A DNA stretch of 64,000 bases, taken from assembly GCF_009914755.1 (NCBI RefSeq), contig NC_060937.1; one strand, written 5' to 3'. A program made the translations under genes and the position numbers. Shown piece after piece: positions 1 to 57,814 of this stretch (within the stretch, counting starts at the first letter, position 1; every line of letters starts with the position of its first letter). The DNA comes from the human T2T-CHM13v2.0 reference genome, Homo sapiens. Under the pieces are notes generated by a model that saw nothing but the letters and a program-made list of their open reading frames with translations, searched no databases and was not told the origin of the DNA.

Positions 1-200
1 GGGAAGTCAGTCTGTTTAGATTCTAATGATTAAGTCATCAATAAGTTAAAGAATTAGCCAAGCAAATTAATTCTAAGCCCATTTAAAATACAGATCCTAA
101 TATCACTCTAGTTAAATCATATTATGTCCTAAGTGTTTGTGAGTCTTCATATCAATCGAGTATGAGCAGATCTTCTGATACAATGAAACGAGTTACTAAC

Positions 201-38774
<38,574 letters not shown>

Positions 38775-39838
38775 CTAAAAGAAAAACAGAATCCCAATAT
38801 TAAAGTCAAGCCATTACAATAGTTTTTGCTGTGTCTAAACTCAGAGCCTCTGACTTTTTAGGGTGGTCAGAGGGGCCATTCACCAAACAGCTCCAGCCCT
38901 CCCTGGGATCCCGGCCCCAGACTCATGCTTCTTATCTGAGGTGGGGCCTGGCATCTGTATTTTCTTTTAAGAAGCTCCTCAGGCAATTCTCGTATGCAGT
39001 CAAAATTGAGAAGCAGCAGCTCAGAGAATCAGGCCTAAACCATTTCCTCCTGAAACACTTCAAAGGCCGCCCATCGGGATAAAATCCACACATTCTAGCA
39101 TGTTCTTCAATATCTGACAAGTGTTTTGGTGGGGATGAAATTTCTGTAATATAAAATGCTTCTGAGTGCCTGACACACTGTGCACACTCAACCGCCACCT
39201 CCTATGGCTTGGGCCCTGCCTGCCAGGCTCACCCCATGATTTAAGTCTTGCCACCGATATTCCCTTCCCAAATCATCTCTGATGTGCCTACATCACCATA
39301 CTGTAATGATGGGCAGTTTATATTTTTGCTTCCCTTCTGGACCAGGTTCTGAAAGCAGAAGAATCATGTGCCATCCATCACACCAACATCCCCACTTTAC
39401 ATCCCCACTTTCAACGTCCTGTACAATACCTACCACTGGTAGGGGGTTATGTCACAAGAATGAATGAGAAGAGCAGGAAGAAACAGCCTGAGAATACAAG
39501 GGAGCTGGTGCACGTCAAGTCCAGTGGACTCTCCCATGTGCATCCTAGGAGCGCCTCATCCCCATCCCGTCAGCACCTGCTCTTCTGTCTCCCCGGAATT
39601 TTGGCAAGAGCTGAGCTGTGCCCTTGTCTCTAGTCTTTACACCTCCTCACTCTGCTCCTACACAAACACATTGCCCTGTGTTCATCCGTGTCTATCACAT
39701 ACTACCCTGTTTCCCACAGGACATCCATCCCCTTCCCCCTCACTCACCCCGATTTCCTTATATTAGAGTTCTTTGTTGCCAGGGCTCCCTGAACATGCTC
39801 CACCTCCATTAGGAATCTAGGAATCGGTGACCCCATAG

Positions 39839-40023
39839 CAGTGGGTCTCACACTGGAGTGTGCCTCAGAATCACCAGAGGGCTTGCAAGAACAGATGGCT
39901 GGGCCCCATTCCTGGAGTTGTTGATTCTGTAGGCCTGAGATGGACACTTGAGCTTGCATTTCTAACAAGCTCCCAGGTGTGGGTGCTGCCACTGGTCCAG
40001 GCAGTGTGCTTTGGGAATCACTA
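39839..40023. mobile_element. MER5A (hAT-Charlie) element
   Basis: CAGTGGGTCTCA...GCATTTCTAACAAGCTCCCAGGTG...TTTGGGAATCACT. Confidence 0.8.
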
Positions 40024-40626
40024 CACTGGAAAATTATTCTTTAGACTGTTCTTTTCCCAGTGTTTGTTCTTGGCAGCTTTGTCAAAAATGAGTTGGCTAT
40101 AAATGGATGCATTTATTCCTGGGTTCTCTTTTCTGTTCCATTGGTCTATGTGTCTGTTTCCATGCTGATTTGGTTACTACAGCTTTGTAGTATATTTTGA
40201 CATCAGGTGGTACCTCTGGCCCTATTCTTTTTGCTCAGGATGACTTTGGCTTTTCGAGGCCTTTTGTTGTTGTATATGAATTTTAGGATTTTTTTCTATT
40301 TCTATGAAAGTTGTCGTTGGATCTTGTCATTTGCAGCAATACAGATGAAACTGGAGGACATCAGGTTAAGTGAAATAAGCCAGGCACAGAAAGATAGATA
40401 TCACATATTCTCACTCATATGTAGGAGCTAAAAAATTGATCTCATGGAGGTAGTAGTGGGTAGAATGGTGGTTACCAGAGGATGGGAAGGGTAGGTGAAG
40501 GTGGGAGGATGAAGCAAGGTTAGTGGATACAAAAACACAGTTCTGTAGAAGGAATAAGAGCTGGTGTTTGGTAGCACAACACGGTGACTACAGTTAACAA
40601 AAATTTATTGTATATTTCAAAATAGA

Positions 40627-40988
<362 letters not shown>

Positions 40989-41037
40989 TCAACACAAAGA
41001 AATGATCAAGGTTTGAGGTGACGGATATTCCAAATAC

Positions 41038-41131
41038 CCAGATTTGATATTAACTGTAAAATATTGTATTAATATTAATATTAAATCCAGATTTGATATT
41101 AACTGTAAAATATTGTATTAATATTAATATT
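41038..41131. repeat. Perfect 45-bp direct duplication (period 49)
   Basis: CCAGATTTGATATTAACTGTAAAATATTGTATTAATATTAATATT at 41038 and 41087. Confidence 0.92.
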
Positions 41132-41868
41132 GTGTACCTCTATTAAAAATCATATGTACCCCATAAATATATATAATTATTATGTATCCATAACAACTTT
41201 TTAAATCCTTAAAGCCCTATGGCAACCCCAGTGTTTCGAGCAGCAGCAGAGCTGCCCATATGAAAAGCAGCTCAACTGGAAGGCAAGGCCTGCCTCTGTG
41301 GCTGGTATTTGAGAAGACTGACTTCTCTCTGCACCTGAGATTTGCATCTCTAACAAGAGTCAAGGTGATGTCAATGATGCTGGTCTGGGGACTACACTTG
41401 GAGGACCACATGCAGGCTGTGATGTCCTGCTGCCTAATGGCTCTACATAAGAGAGTTTTATCACTTCCCTGGTTCCAAACGCCAGAAAGACCACGCCAGC
41501 TATCCAGAGCAGACACCGAATACAGGAGCCATACAGCATGCGGAAGCCTCCACCACAGCACCCTCCTCCATCTCCCACATCGTTTCCCTCTGGGGCCCTT
41601 CCTTGCAGATTTACTGCCTTATATTTTCATTATGTGCAAGTTCAAAGCCCTATCCCACAATAAACAAAGCCACAACCCTGGCAGAGGAACTCCCTTCCCG
41701 ACCCTGACCACGGGGCCCTCCAGGCTTCACCACCTCTTCCTGGGCAGGCGCCTTCCCTCCTGATCTGTCAGCCTGTGCTGGTGTTATTTCCACTCCTGCA
41801 GCTCGGCGTGGCCCCAGGGGCCTCCTACCAGATGGTCTTGCATTTTTGCCCACTTAAGAGCATTTTAG

Positions 41869-42249
<381 letters not shown>

Positions 42250-43525
42250 TTAGTCCTTGTCCTAAGGGGGAAATACACTGTACTGGTTTCACAGGACCCC
42301 AGTTCCCAACTCTTCCTGCCTATTAGAGTTCTGGACAGAGATTCCTCCGCACGAATAACCTGGTTTCCTGCCGAGTGAGACCTGTCGTGGGATGGGGCTG
42401 CTTCCAGGGCAATACACCAAGAGCGAGGGCCATGGAGTCAGCCCTGCGGCCGAGTTTCATGCTGGGACCTGCCAGCTGCATGGCGGGTGAGCCCATCTGT
42501 TTCGGGCCAGCCGAACAACCAAATGAGGATGACCTCCGCCCTGCGGGGTTGCTGGAAGAGTCCTGCGAACCCCACAGCCCTCAGTGCATCGTTACGGGGG
42601 AGACGCGACTGCCTCAGGGTCCTCAGCGCCTCCGCGCCGCTTCCCACAGAGGGGAAATTCAGTGTTTGTGGGACACGTTTCCTAAGGCCCCGTTTATCAG
42701 TCACAGAGCACAGTGCTCAGATCCAGCTCTGCATGGTGGGTCCCGTGGGCCCTTCCAGGACCGTCCTTCTTCTTCAGCTCCCAGGCTGACCTGCAAGGAG
42801 CTCATCCATGTCCCGGGTCTCGACCTAGCTCCCAGGTCCTTTGGCCAACAGGGAGCCCTGGGAAGATCAGAGGGAGGGAAGAAACGTTGGGGTATTTGTT
42901 TTTCTGGTGCCCTCCCTGCAAGGTCACCTCGGACCGTCACTTCAAGTGACAGTCACGGCTTCTCTGACGTCAGCCCTTCCCACACAACTCTTTCCTTCCA
43001 GGTTTCAGTAGCGGTTCCTTCCCCTCATCTTGCAGGCCAGGGGGCAACAGGGAGGCTGCTGCAGGCCCAGGTGCCACACTACCATTTGTTGTGCCCGTCC
43101 ACAGCGGCATCTTTCTGTGACCAAGCCCTCCTGTGCTGAGCATGGCCTCTGTGTCCTGGGAGGTCCGTGGTGAGGCAGCGCACCTGCTGTGGACTTGGGC
43201 TGTCTTTCACACCAGGCAGGGAAAGCGCCAGTGTCCGGCGAATAGGAAGGGCTGGTCGGGCAAGCGTGTGTTTTGCAAGCTCGGTGCAAACCAGCCTGAA
43301 GGTGCAAAGCGTCATTGCTGTAGTGCCGTGCGTTCTTGAGGACACGGCAACAGCACGTTATGCTTCGCCTACTTAGACTTTGGGTAATATGGCCTTACCA
43401 TTGCCTCCCAAAGCCAACGAGAGAGGTGAAGTCACAGAAAGGTCCCTGTTATCCTTGGCCCTCTTCAGGGAAGCAGGAGCGAGCTCTGAAAACCCAAATC
43501 ACCCAAATCCAGCAGAGAGAGCCCG

Positions 43526-43596
43526 GGGCTTCATCACAAACCTTCCTTCCCTGTGTTCCCAGGGCTTCATCACAAACCTTCCTTTCCTGTGTTCCC
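43526..43596. repeat. 35-bp tandem duplication (period 36, one mismatch)
   Basis: GGGCTTCATCACAAACCTTCCTTYCCTGTGTTCCC twice. Confidence 0.9.
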
Positions 43597-44776
43597 CGGA
43601 TTTTTATTTGCAGGGAAAGACTTCATCTTTCCAGAGTCGTCCTTTTGTCTTTGCTCAATATTTTGTACCTGTTATTTGCTTAATAGTGGTAAAGTTTTTC
43701 TCTACTCCAACCCACTACAGTTACAGAAAAGAGGTCATTCAGAAAGCTTAGGTCTTAACAATCATTATACACCTAACTAAATTATGGGAAAGGCAATCCC
43801 TTGAAGTGTAAATCTGAGACTCAGTACCCAGCCATTACCAAGAAGGCATTTTGTTTTCTGAAAGTGTGTATTCCAAGAACTGCTTTTATTATTACAGGGC
43901 AGAGGTTGCTAAACTCTTTGACAGAATCCAGAGCTATCTACTGGGTGTAACACTGCAGTCAGCATTTCTTATCTTAATGTACCTGTGTCAACAGGATTGC
44001 TATCTTAGAAAGCTCAAATGCAGAAGTGGTGTTTACATCGAGACTTCAGACCGAACTCAAGTATCAACTCTCACAAGATTCTGTTTACTTTGGTGCAGTC
44101 CTGTTTACGTTGGTTCCCTGCTAGTAAACCTCAGAGGCATATTTGAGTAGCCTAATGTTTCTAGTATTACTCTGGGGTCCCTTGTGTTGAACTATGATCA
44201 GAGCCAAACCCAGCTTAGAATCTGGACTTCCCATAGGACTGTTCCTTAGCACCCAACACATTGCAATCACTGAATAAACACAGGCTCTTCTTGCTATTCT
44301 AGGCCCAGAAGTGGTTTTGCTTTCTTTTTGCTAAATAATTTGATGAAATAAGTGTATATTATACATTTATATGATTACTGACTTGGGGGTTGGGGGGGAC
44401 AGGGAACACAGGAGAAAACAAGAGACTCCCCTCTTCCGCACGACTCAATAAAATCTCCCATCCATATGAATATTTCCTACTATTTATATAAAGCATGCTC
44501 CATATTTTGAACCATTTCAGGATGGAAACTCTAACTTTGAAGTCTTATTACCTAAAAATTAATAACTCCCTCAGCAACTGAAGGCTGCCGAGAGTGCATC
44601 TCTAGGAGTTGGACTTCGGAAGTTGGAAGGAATGAGGCATTTTGCTGAGGTCTAAGAGAGAAGGCCTCCCTTTCAGGCAGAGAGATAACTGTTTCCTACC
44701 ATTACCAAGAGTGAAACTGAAGGAATACTGTAAGTTTCACATACTGCTTTGAGGACGTGTTTCTGAACTTTCAAGG

Positions 44777-45221
44777 TGTGGTGGTCAGAATGGTGGTCCC
44801 CTAGAGATGTCCATGTCGTAATCTCTGGGATTCAGGGATACGTTCCCTCCCATGGCAAAAGGGTCTTGCAGATGTGATTAAGTTAGGGGCCTTGAGATAA
44901 AGAGTTTATCTTAGATTATCCAGACAGACCCAATATAATCACAAGAGTCCTAAAATCAGTCAGAAAAGGTGAAAAGCAGGGGAGTGACTGCAATTGTTGG
45001 GGGAGGGGTCCCCAAGTCAGGGAATGTGGTGGCCTGGAGAAGCTGGAAAAGACAAGTAGGGTTCTCCCCGAGAGCCTTTCAAGGTAGCACTGCCGACACC
45101 TTGATTTTAGCCCGGTAAAATTCATTTTGGACTTCTGACCTCCAGAACTACAAGAAGACACCTGTGTGAAGCCACTAAGCTTGTGGTTTTTTTGTTACAG
45201 CAGTAATTAGAAACTAATACA
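44777..45221 (+). mobile_element. MLT1-family LTR
   Basis: TGTGGTGGTCAGAATGGTGGTCCCC...GAAACTAATACA. Confidence 0.75.
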
Positions 45222-45866
45222 CATAGGTTTGCCCCAAACTCTGTAAATACAGGTCTTTATAATCACTACTTACATATAAGTAAGACTCAAATTCCTGCCA
45301 CATTTTATTTGTTGGTAAAATGCTCTCTTTATTAATTTTTTCCTAAACTATATTTTTCTACTTGGAGCTTAGAAGTGCATACCTGGCACCTGGCTTTTAA
45401 ACTGGATTTGGCAGAATCTAAGCTCTGGTGCTTCCTCTGAAAATGGTTTCCTAAGCCAAGGGTAAAGGAGTAAAGTAGACAAAGTTGGTCCCACAAAAGC
45501 CCCAGGAAGCCAATGGTCCCTGCAAGAACACAGCTTGGCCTTGCTAATGGCAAAAGTGGTTTTTCAGTTAAGGAGAGAATTTTCTCAGTATTGCCCCTGC
45601 ATCTAGCCAGTGGAAAGACATGGGCTTTTGGGAATCAGGAGATCGAACCTCAGTGTAGAGATATTCCTCCTAGCCATGTGGCCTTGATCAAGGTGCTTAC
45701 CCTCTGGGCTTCCATTTCTTCATCTGCGATATAGTTTGCATGTATGTCCCCACCAAAATCTCATATTGAAATGTAATCCCCAAAGCTGGAGGTGGGGCCT
45801 GGTGGGAGGTGATTGAATCACAGGGGTCTAGCACCATCCCTCTTGGTACTGTCCTCACCACAGTGA

Positions 45867-46192
<326 letters not shown>

Positions 46193-46230
46193 TTAGATCT
46201 GGTTATTTGAAAGTATGTATCATCGATATA

Positions 46231-49438
<3,208 letters not shown>

Positions 49439-52400
49439 AAAATATGTAGCAGCCTCCCCCTCCCCTCACGCCTGCTTTTGCCATGTGACATGCCTGCTCC
49501 CTCTTCACCTTCTGCCATGATTTGAAGCTTCCAGAGGCCTCACCAGAATCAGATGCTGCCATGCTTCCTGTACAGCCTGCAGAACCGTGAGCCAATTATA
49601 TCTCTTTTCATTATAAATTACCCAGGTGTTTCCTTATAGCAATACAAGAATGGCCTAACACAGAAAAATGGTACTGAGGAATGGGTCATTGCTATAAAGA
49701 TACCTGAAAATGTAGAAGAGCTTTGGAACGGGCATAGGTCAGAAGAATGTGGAGGGCTCAGAAGAAGACAGGAAGATGAGGGAAAGTTTGGAACTTCTTA
49801 GAAACTGTCTAAATGGTTGTGATCAAAATGCAAATAGTGACATGGACTGTGAAGGTCAGGCTGAAGAGGTCTCAGGTGGAAATGAGGAACTTATTGGGAA
49901 CTAGAGCAAAGGTCACTTTTGTTATGTCTTAGCAAAGAACTTGGCTGCATTGTGTCCATGCCCTAGGAATTTGTGGAAGTTTGAATTTAAGAGCAATGAC
50001 CTAGGATATCTGGTAGAAGAAATTTCTAAGCAGCAAAGGATTCAAGATGTGACCTGGCTGCTTCTAACAACCTATGCTCATAGGTGGGAGCAAATAAAAT
50101 GACTTAAAGCTAGAACTTATATTTAAAGGGGAAGTAGAGTGTAAAAGTTGGGAAAATTTATAGCCTGGCTATGTGGCAGAGAAAGAAAATGCTTTTTCAG
50201 CAGAGGAATTCAAGCAGGCTGTGGAGCAACCACTTGCCAGAGATATTTGCATAACTAAGAAGGAGTCAAGTGCTAACACTCAAGACAATGGGGTAAAGGC
50301 CTCTAAGGAATTTCAGAGACCTTCCTGGCATCTCCTCCCATCACAGGGCCCAGAGGCCTAGAAGGGAAGAATGGTTTCATGGGCCAGCCCAGGGCCCCAC
50401 AGCCCTATGCAGCCTCAGGACACTGCTTCTTACATCCCAGCCACTTAGGCTCCAGCCTTGGCTCAAAGGGCCCAAGATACAGCCCAGGCTGCTGCTTCAG
50501 AGGGTGCAAGCCATAAGACTTGGTGGTTTCCACATGGTGTTAAGCCTGCAGGCGCACAGACTGCAAAAGTGAGGGAGGCTTGGGAGTCTCTGCATAGATT
50601 TCAGAGGATATATGGAAAAGCCTGGATGTCCAGGCAGAAGCCTGCTGCAGGGGCGGAGCACTCACAGAGAACCTCTGCTAGGGCAGTATGGAGGGGAAAG
50701 GTGGGGTTGGAGCCCCCACACAGAGTCCCCATTGAGGCATTGCCTAGTGGAGCTGTGAGAAGAAGGCCATCATCCTCCAGACCCTAGGATGGTAGATCCA
50801 CCAACATCTTGCACTCTCAGCATATAAAAGCCACAGGCACTCAACAACATGTGAGAGCAACCTCTGGAGCTGAACACTGCAAAGCCACAGGGGCAGAGCT
50901 GCCCAAAGCCCTGGCACCCCACTTCTTGGATCAATGTGCCCTGGATGTGGGACATAGAATTACAGGAAACTATTTGGGAGCTTTAAGATTTAGTGCCTGC
51001 CCTGCTGGATTTTGGACCTGGGTGGGGCCTGTAGCCCCTTGCTTGTGGATGATTTCTCCCTTTGGAATGGGAATGTTTACCCAATGCCTATACTCCCATT
51101 GTATCTTAGAGTAACTTGTTTTTGATTGTGCAGGCTCATAGGTGGAAAGGACTTGCCTTGCCTCAGATGAGACTTTGGACTTGGACTTCTGCATTATCGC
51201 TGGAATGAGTTAAGACTTTGGGGGATTATTGGGAAGGCATGCTTGTATTTTGAAATGTGAGAGGGACAAGAAATTTGGGGAGGCCAGGGGGAATGATACA
51301 GTTTGAATGCATGTCCCTGCCCAAATCTCATATTGAAATATAATGCTCAATTGTTGGAGGTGGGACCTGGGGGAGGACACTGGATCATGGGGACAGTTTC
51401 TCATGAATGGTTTAGCACCCTCTCCCTTGATACTGTCCTCACAATAGTGAGTTCTCATGAGATCTGGTTGTTTAAAAGTATGTAGCACCTCCCTGCTCAC
51501 TCCTTGCTCCTACTCCAGCCATGTGACATGCCTGCTCCCCCTTCACCTTCCAACATGATTGAGCCCTCCCCAGAAGTGAGCAGATGCCAGCACCATGCTT
51601 CCTGTACAGCCTGCAGAGCCATAAGCCAATTAAACCTTCTTTCTTTATAAATTACCCGGTTTCATGTATTTCTTTATACTACTGCAAGAACAAACTGACA
51701 CAATCTACCACTTTCTCTGAAAGTTAGTTAATAAGATTGAATCTACAATGAATAAAATAAGGTTTTTTATTCACTTCATCTCAGGAAGACAACTTGGCAG
51801 ATTCTTAATTGAGTATGGATGGACATTTAGAATGGACTGACTTAAAATACGACAAGAATTTACCATGGGGGACCCCTGGCAGAGGTGAGGAGGTAGCCAT
51901 CAAAGAAGAAAGAGCCCCCTCCAGGGTCAATTACATTGACCCAAAGTAGAAGTGCCGATGATGTCACGCTGGAAGTCAGACCATGGGGATGAGGATGGTG
52001 TGGACCAGAGCAAAGCGGTCTTCTCAAATACAAGCCATCATGACAAGCCTTATATTGTCTTTCAAACTGCTTTTTGGGTGGAGGTTGCTATAGTGTGCAC
52101 CAGGCAGGAGCTAGGGAGAGTGAAGGTCCTGTCACTCCGAAGCCATGCTAGTGAGCTGATGCAGAAACATGCCTGGGGCAGGGAGGTGCTTGCTAGGCAC
52201 GGCCCCTGTCCAGGGTCACCCGCTGTGCTCCGCACTCCACCTGGACTGTCCACCGTCCACACCAGCAACCTGAGCTTCCCCCAGTGGAGAACCTTGCTCC
52301 CAAACCTTGCGTGCTCTCTCCTTCCTGCAGGTGAAGCCCTACTCCTAGGCCCGGCATTCAAGGCCCCCCAGGGTCTGACTGTGGCTCCATCCTCCTCCAC

Positions 52401-53261
52401 CCCAGCTGTCCATCCACATGACTCGTTTTCTGTCTCCACTTGGGCCCTTTCAGAACTCCATGTGCTATGTGGTCTCCCTCTGCCTCCTCGGCTTCCCAAA
52501 TCCTCTCTCCTTTCTCAGGGCTCTTTAGACCCTTTACAGCTGCCCTGGCAGAGCAAGGGGTTGTACTTCAGAAAAACGTCACAGAGCCTCCTGTAGCATA
52601 GGTTGTCTCTCACTTCTTTTTAAGAAAATAAAGCATGTGCCACTTCAAAAAGCAGCAGTGGGACCTGCACCAGGCTTCACTGTCACTGCCCTGAGGACAG
52701 GGGTGGGGTGGTGGGAAAGAGGAAGGATATGGGTGCCTGGTGTCACACACTTGGTTTGATGTCTTTTCCAAAATGGATGAACTTTGATCGAGCAATGAAA
52801 AGTGTTTTTCTTTCCTTAAATGGGCTCTTCTAGCATCAGAGTCAGGTTAGCTTTAGAAGAAATTCAGCGCCTATAACCCAAAGCCCTTGTTTCTGGAGTG
52901 GCTCTTGTTGAGGCTGTTTCTTGCCCAGCTTGATGCTTTTTTTTCTTCTTGGATTTGAATGTTTTGCCACCTTTCCCACCCTCGGGGACTCTGCTTGTCC
53001 ACCCAGCATTCTGGTGTGGATTAGAAAAGTGTGGGCTTCTAGGCCGGATGCAGCCCAGTGGGGCCTGGCCTGACAAGTGAGCGAGGGCCACTCAATCCAA
53101 TCAGAAAAAGTGTCCCTGATGGCTGCACTGCTGGTGACTGGAGCATGGGCTGCATTCCATACCAGGGGTCCTCCTGCTGGGACCGCCATGAAGGCATAGC
53201 CGGCACCCAGGCTGTGCCCATCCTCAACTGCTCTTCATAGAAATAGCCTCCTCTTCAGGAG

Positions 53262-53672
53262 CAGGCACGGTGGCTCACACCTGTAATCCCAGCATTTTGG
53301 GAGGCCAAGGCGGAGGGATCACTTGAGTCCAGGAGCTTGAGACCAGCCTGGCCAGCATGGTGAAACCCCATCTCTATTAAACATACAAAAATTAGCTACA
53401 CTCCTGCAATCCCAGTACTTTGGGAGGTCGAGGCAGGTGGATCACTTGAGGCCAGGAATTTCAGACCAGCCTGGCCAACATGGTGAGAGCCCGTCTCTAC
53501 TAAATATACAAAATGTAGCCACATGCCTGTAATCCCAGCTACTCAAGAGGCTGAGGCCCGAGAATTGCTTGAACCCAGGAGGTGGAGGTTGCAGTGAGCT
53601 GAGATCATACTACCGCACTCCAGCCTGGGTGACAGAGGGAGACTCCGTCTCAAAAAAAAAAAAAAAAAAAAA
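53262..53672 (+). mobile_element. Alu with duplicated left arm (left-left-right)
   Basis: two left arms in tandem, then right arm and A-tail. Confidence 0.85.
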
Positions 53673-54404
53673 GGCCTCCTTTTCCACGGCTACTTTCTTC
53701 CCCACTAGGAAGCTGCTGCAGTTCCTCTAATCCATAAACAAACAGGGCCATAAACACAGAACATGCTGATGTGTGGTTTTTGAATGCCATTTGCTCAAAG
53801 CAAATGAGGTATCAGACTCCAAGAATGAAGAAATCTCACTAACCCCTAACGGCAGGAAACTAACTTAGAAACCATGTGGGGAAACTGGTGCTGAAGGGAG
53901 ACTGTGGGTTTATCAAGTGACTGGGTGTGTTGCCATGTGGACAGCAGCCTAGCCCTGCGGACCTTGCACGTGGGCCACTGGGCCAAGGCTTGACTGCAGC
54001 TGACCTGAGTCTCAGCAGACGCCTGGTGGTCCTCCCAGAACACAAGAGAATGGGAAGGCCGTGAGGGGCTCCACCTCCCTCAGGACCCCCGAGGATTCTG
54101 GTGAGGCGGTGGGGGAGCTTTCTGCCCAGCACCCTCACAAGAGAGACATGGAACACAAAACCACTCAGCCGCAGCCTGGCCCCGGCTCCTTGGCAATGAG
54201 CCACCTCCTACCTGTCGCCAGCCCCTGCTGCTACAGGGCTGCTTTTCCCGCCTACATGGGTCATGAGCTGCCTTGCCTGTACCTCTTCCATGCAAAGTCT
54301 GTCGCCATCTGTCGTGTGCTGGACAGCCTGCCTTCACCTTCCTTTAAGACAGTTCCTCCCTCAGCTTGGGTGTCCATGGCTCCAGCCTGGGGACAGCTCC
54401 TGGT

Positions 54405-55185
<781 letters not shown>

Positions 55186-55969
55186 AGTCACAACTTACTG
55201 ATTTAGGTTCAGATATCCTCCTAGCTTTTAAAAAGGTTTCCACACACAACTATCTAAAATCATAGGCTGAAGAGGCCTGAAATGACCAACCTCTCGTGGT
55301 TTTATAAATTACCTACAACTTTCAGCATCTTGTTCCTGTAACTACAGGCATGAATCTTTGAACGCCATTCCTGTCCTCCTTCAGGAAGAAATGATCTCTC
55401 TGGGACCCAGGATCCAGCCACCTTTGGACATGCTGACAGACAGTTGATTTCCAACCTGCTCTCAGCTTCAGGGAAAGGTGAGCCAGACCACAGAGTGCTC
55501 CAGGGTTCACATGCAGCAAAGCTGTTTGGCAAAACAGGAAAGATCTCAGGACAGTCCTAAGTCCTGCCTCAGGTAGAGGCCGGGTAGTCAGGTGAGATGA
55601 TTTTCCTGGCTGTTAGTACAGCAACCCTTGCTCTCCAAGTTAGCTTCCTGATCTACACCTGGATATTTTTAGTCTAGAAGAACACCTTTCCTTCAGAACT
55701 AAGAGTGAGACTCTCTTTAAATGCCAGACTGCCGAGGGTAAATAAACAAATATATGCTCAGGTTAAAGAGAAGAGAGACCCTTCCTCAGAGCAGACTCTA
55801 GAAGGAGAAAAGAGGAGAGAACACAAAGGGAAGCAGATACCAGCCTCCGGGACAGCATCAGCTCCCCACACCCAGCAGGCAACAGAAACGGTGGCCCTAA
55901 TAATATTGTATATTGTCACAGGAGAAAATGACTCTAAAGATACATAAATGTCGCTAAATTAAAAGGAAA

Positions 55970-56191
55970 CAAGCCTGGGCAATGTGGCAAGACCCCACCT
56001 CTACAAAAAATAACAAAAATTAGCCAGGCATAGTGGCACGTGCCTGTAGTCCCAGCTACTTGGGAGGCTCAGGCAGGAGGATTGCTTAAGCCAGGGAGGT
56101 CAAGGCTGCAGTGACCTGTGATTGTGTCACTGCACTCCAGCCTAGGTGACAGAGTGAGACTCTGTCTCAAAAAAAAAAAAAAAAAAAAAAA
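55970..56191 (+). mobile_element. 5'-truncated Alu
   Basis: starts at AGCCTGGGCAATG. Confidence 0.88.
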
Positions 56192-56380
56192 GAACCAATC
56201 TCTTGGTCTTTTGGAGGGTTGTTTTTCAAGGCAATGAGGTTGAAGACCCTAACTTATACACACACAGACTTTTTTTTTTTTTAATGGTAAATCATGACTA
56301 GAAAAAAATGCTTTACAATCATGGTTAAGTATGACGTTAGGGTATAAAACAGAATGCAAGTTTTCTGCCCACATGATAGA

Positions 56381-56831
<451 letters not shown>

Positions 56832-57302
56832 TCATTAGATATTCTCTAACAATTCTCCATAAAAATGTCAGGTGACTTATTTTTTTCAGTCTTCTAATTT
56901 TAGAATTAGCATGCATAGCAGAAACAGCTATATTTTTCAAAAACCAGAAAAGTGAAACACTGCACATGAAGACTGCCTGGAAACTTTATCTGCAGGTCCA
57001 CAGTACCGCATCAACAGAATGGGAACGTCGTTTTTAGAACTAGAGGTAAATCGCCTGTGTCTCCTAGATCACTTTGGGGCCTGTTTTCTACGTACCAACT
57101 CTCTTACTAAGTGGACCGTTTACAGTTGACCAGAAACTATGACCAGAAAACCCATCTGTCTTGCTGGGGGAAGGAACTGGTCACCAGACATAGCATCCGA
57201 GCTGAGGACCATGGTGGAGTTATCTTTACACTACAAATGTTTTCTACCTAAAGTCATCTATAAGCCATGGACATAGTTCAGAGAGAATACTTTCTGTTAC
57301 CA

Positions 57303-57743
57303 TGTCGGGGTGTCGAATAGTGTCCTGCCCATCCCCCCACAAATTCACATCCTTCTCAATCTCAGAACTTGACCTTATTTGGAAATAGGATCATTACAGC
57401 TGTAATTAGCTAAGACCAGGTCATACTGGGACAAGGCGGTCCCTCATCCAATGTGAGTAGAGTGCTCCTAAGAAGAGGAAAAGTGACACAGAGACAGATG
57501 GGCTGGCAGAGACGGCAGGGGTGTGTCCGCAAGCCAAGGAATGCCAAAGACCACCAGCCACACCAGAAGCAAGAGAAAGGCCTGGATCGGCTTCACCCCC
57601 AGAGCCTTCGGAGGGAGTGTGGCCCTGCTGACCCCTTGACTCTGGGCTCCCAGCCTCCAGGACTGTGAGAGAAGACTTTTCTGTTGTTTCAAATTCCCCA
57701 GTTTGTGGTGCTTTTGTTACAGACACCATAGCAAACAAGTACA
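57303..57743 (+). mobile_element. MLT1-family LTR
   Basis: GACCTTATTTGGAAATAGG...CAGCCTCCAGGACTGTGAGA...AAACAAGTACA. Confidence 0.75.
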
Positions 57744-57814
57744 CCATGTGAGTTTAGGTGTCTTGATGTATTTTTGTTTTTTTTTTAACTTGTAACATTA
57801 TTTATTTACCATTT

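Noticed and set aside
42375-43139. 254-aa plus-strand ORF
   Set aside because: Starts at GTG, no recognisable domain, overlapped by ORFs on both strands as expected in GC-rich DNA
50173-51114. ORFs in the MST internal region
   Set aside because: Broken remnants of the MaLR internal ORF with stops and frameshifts
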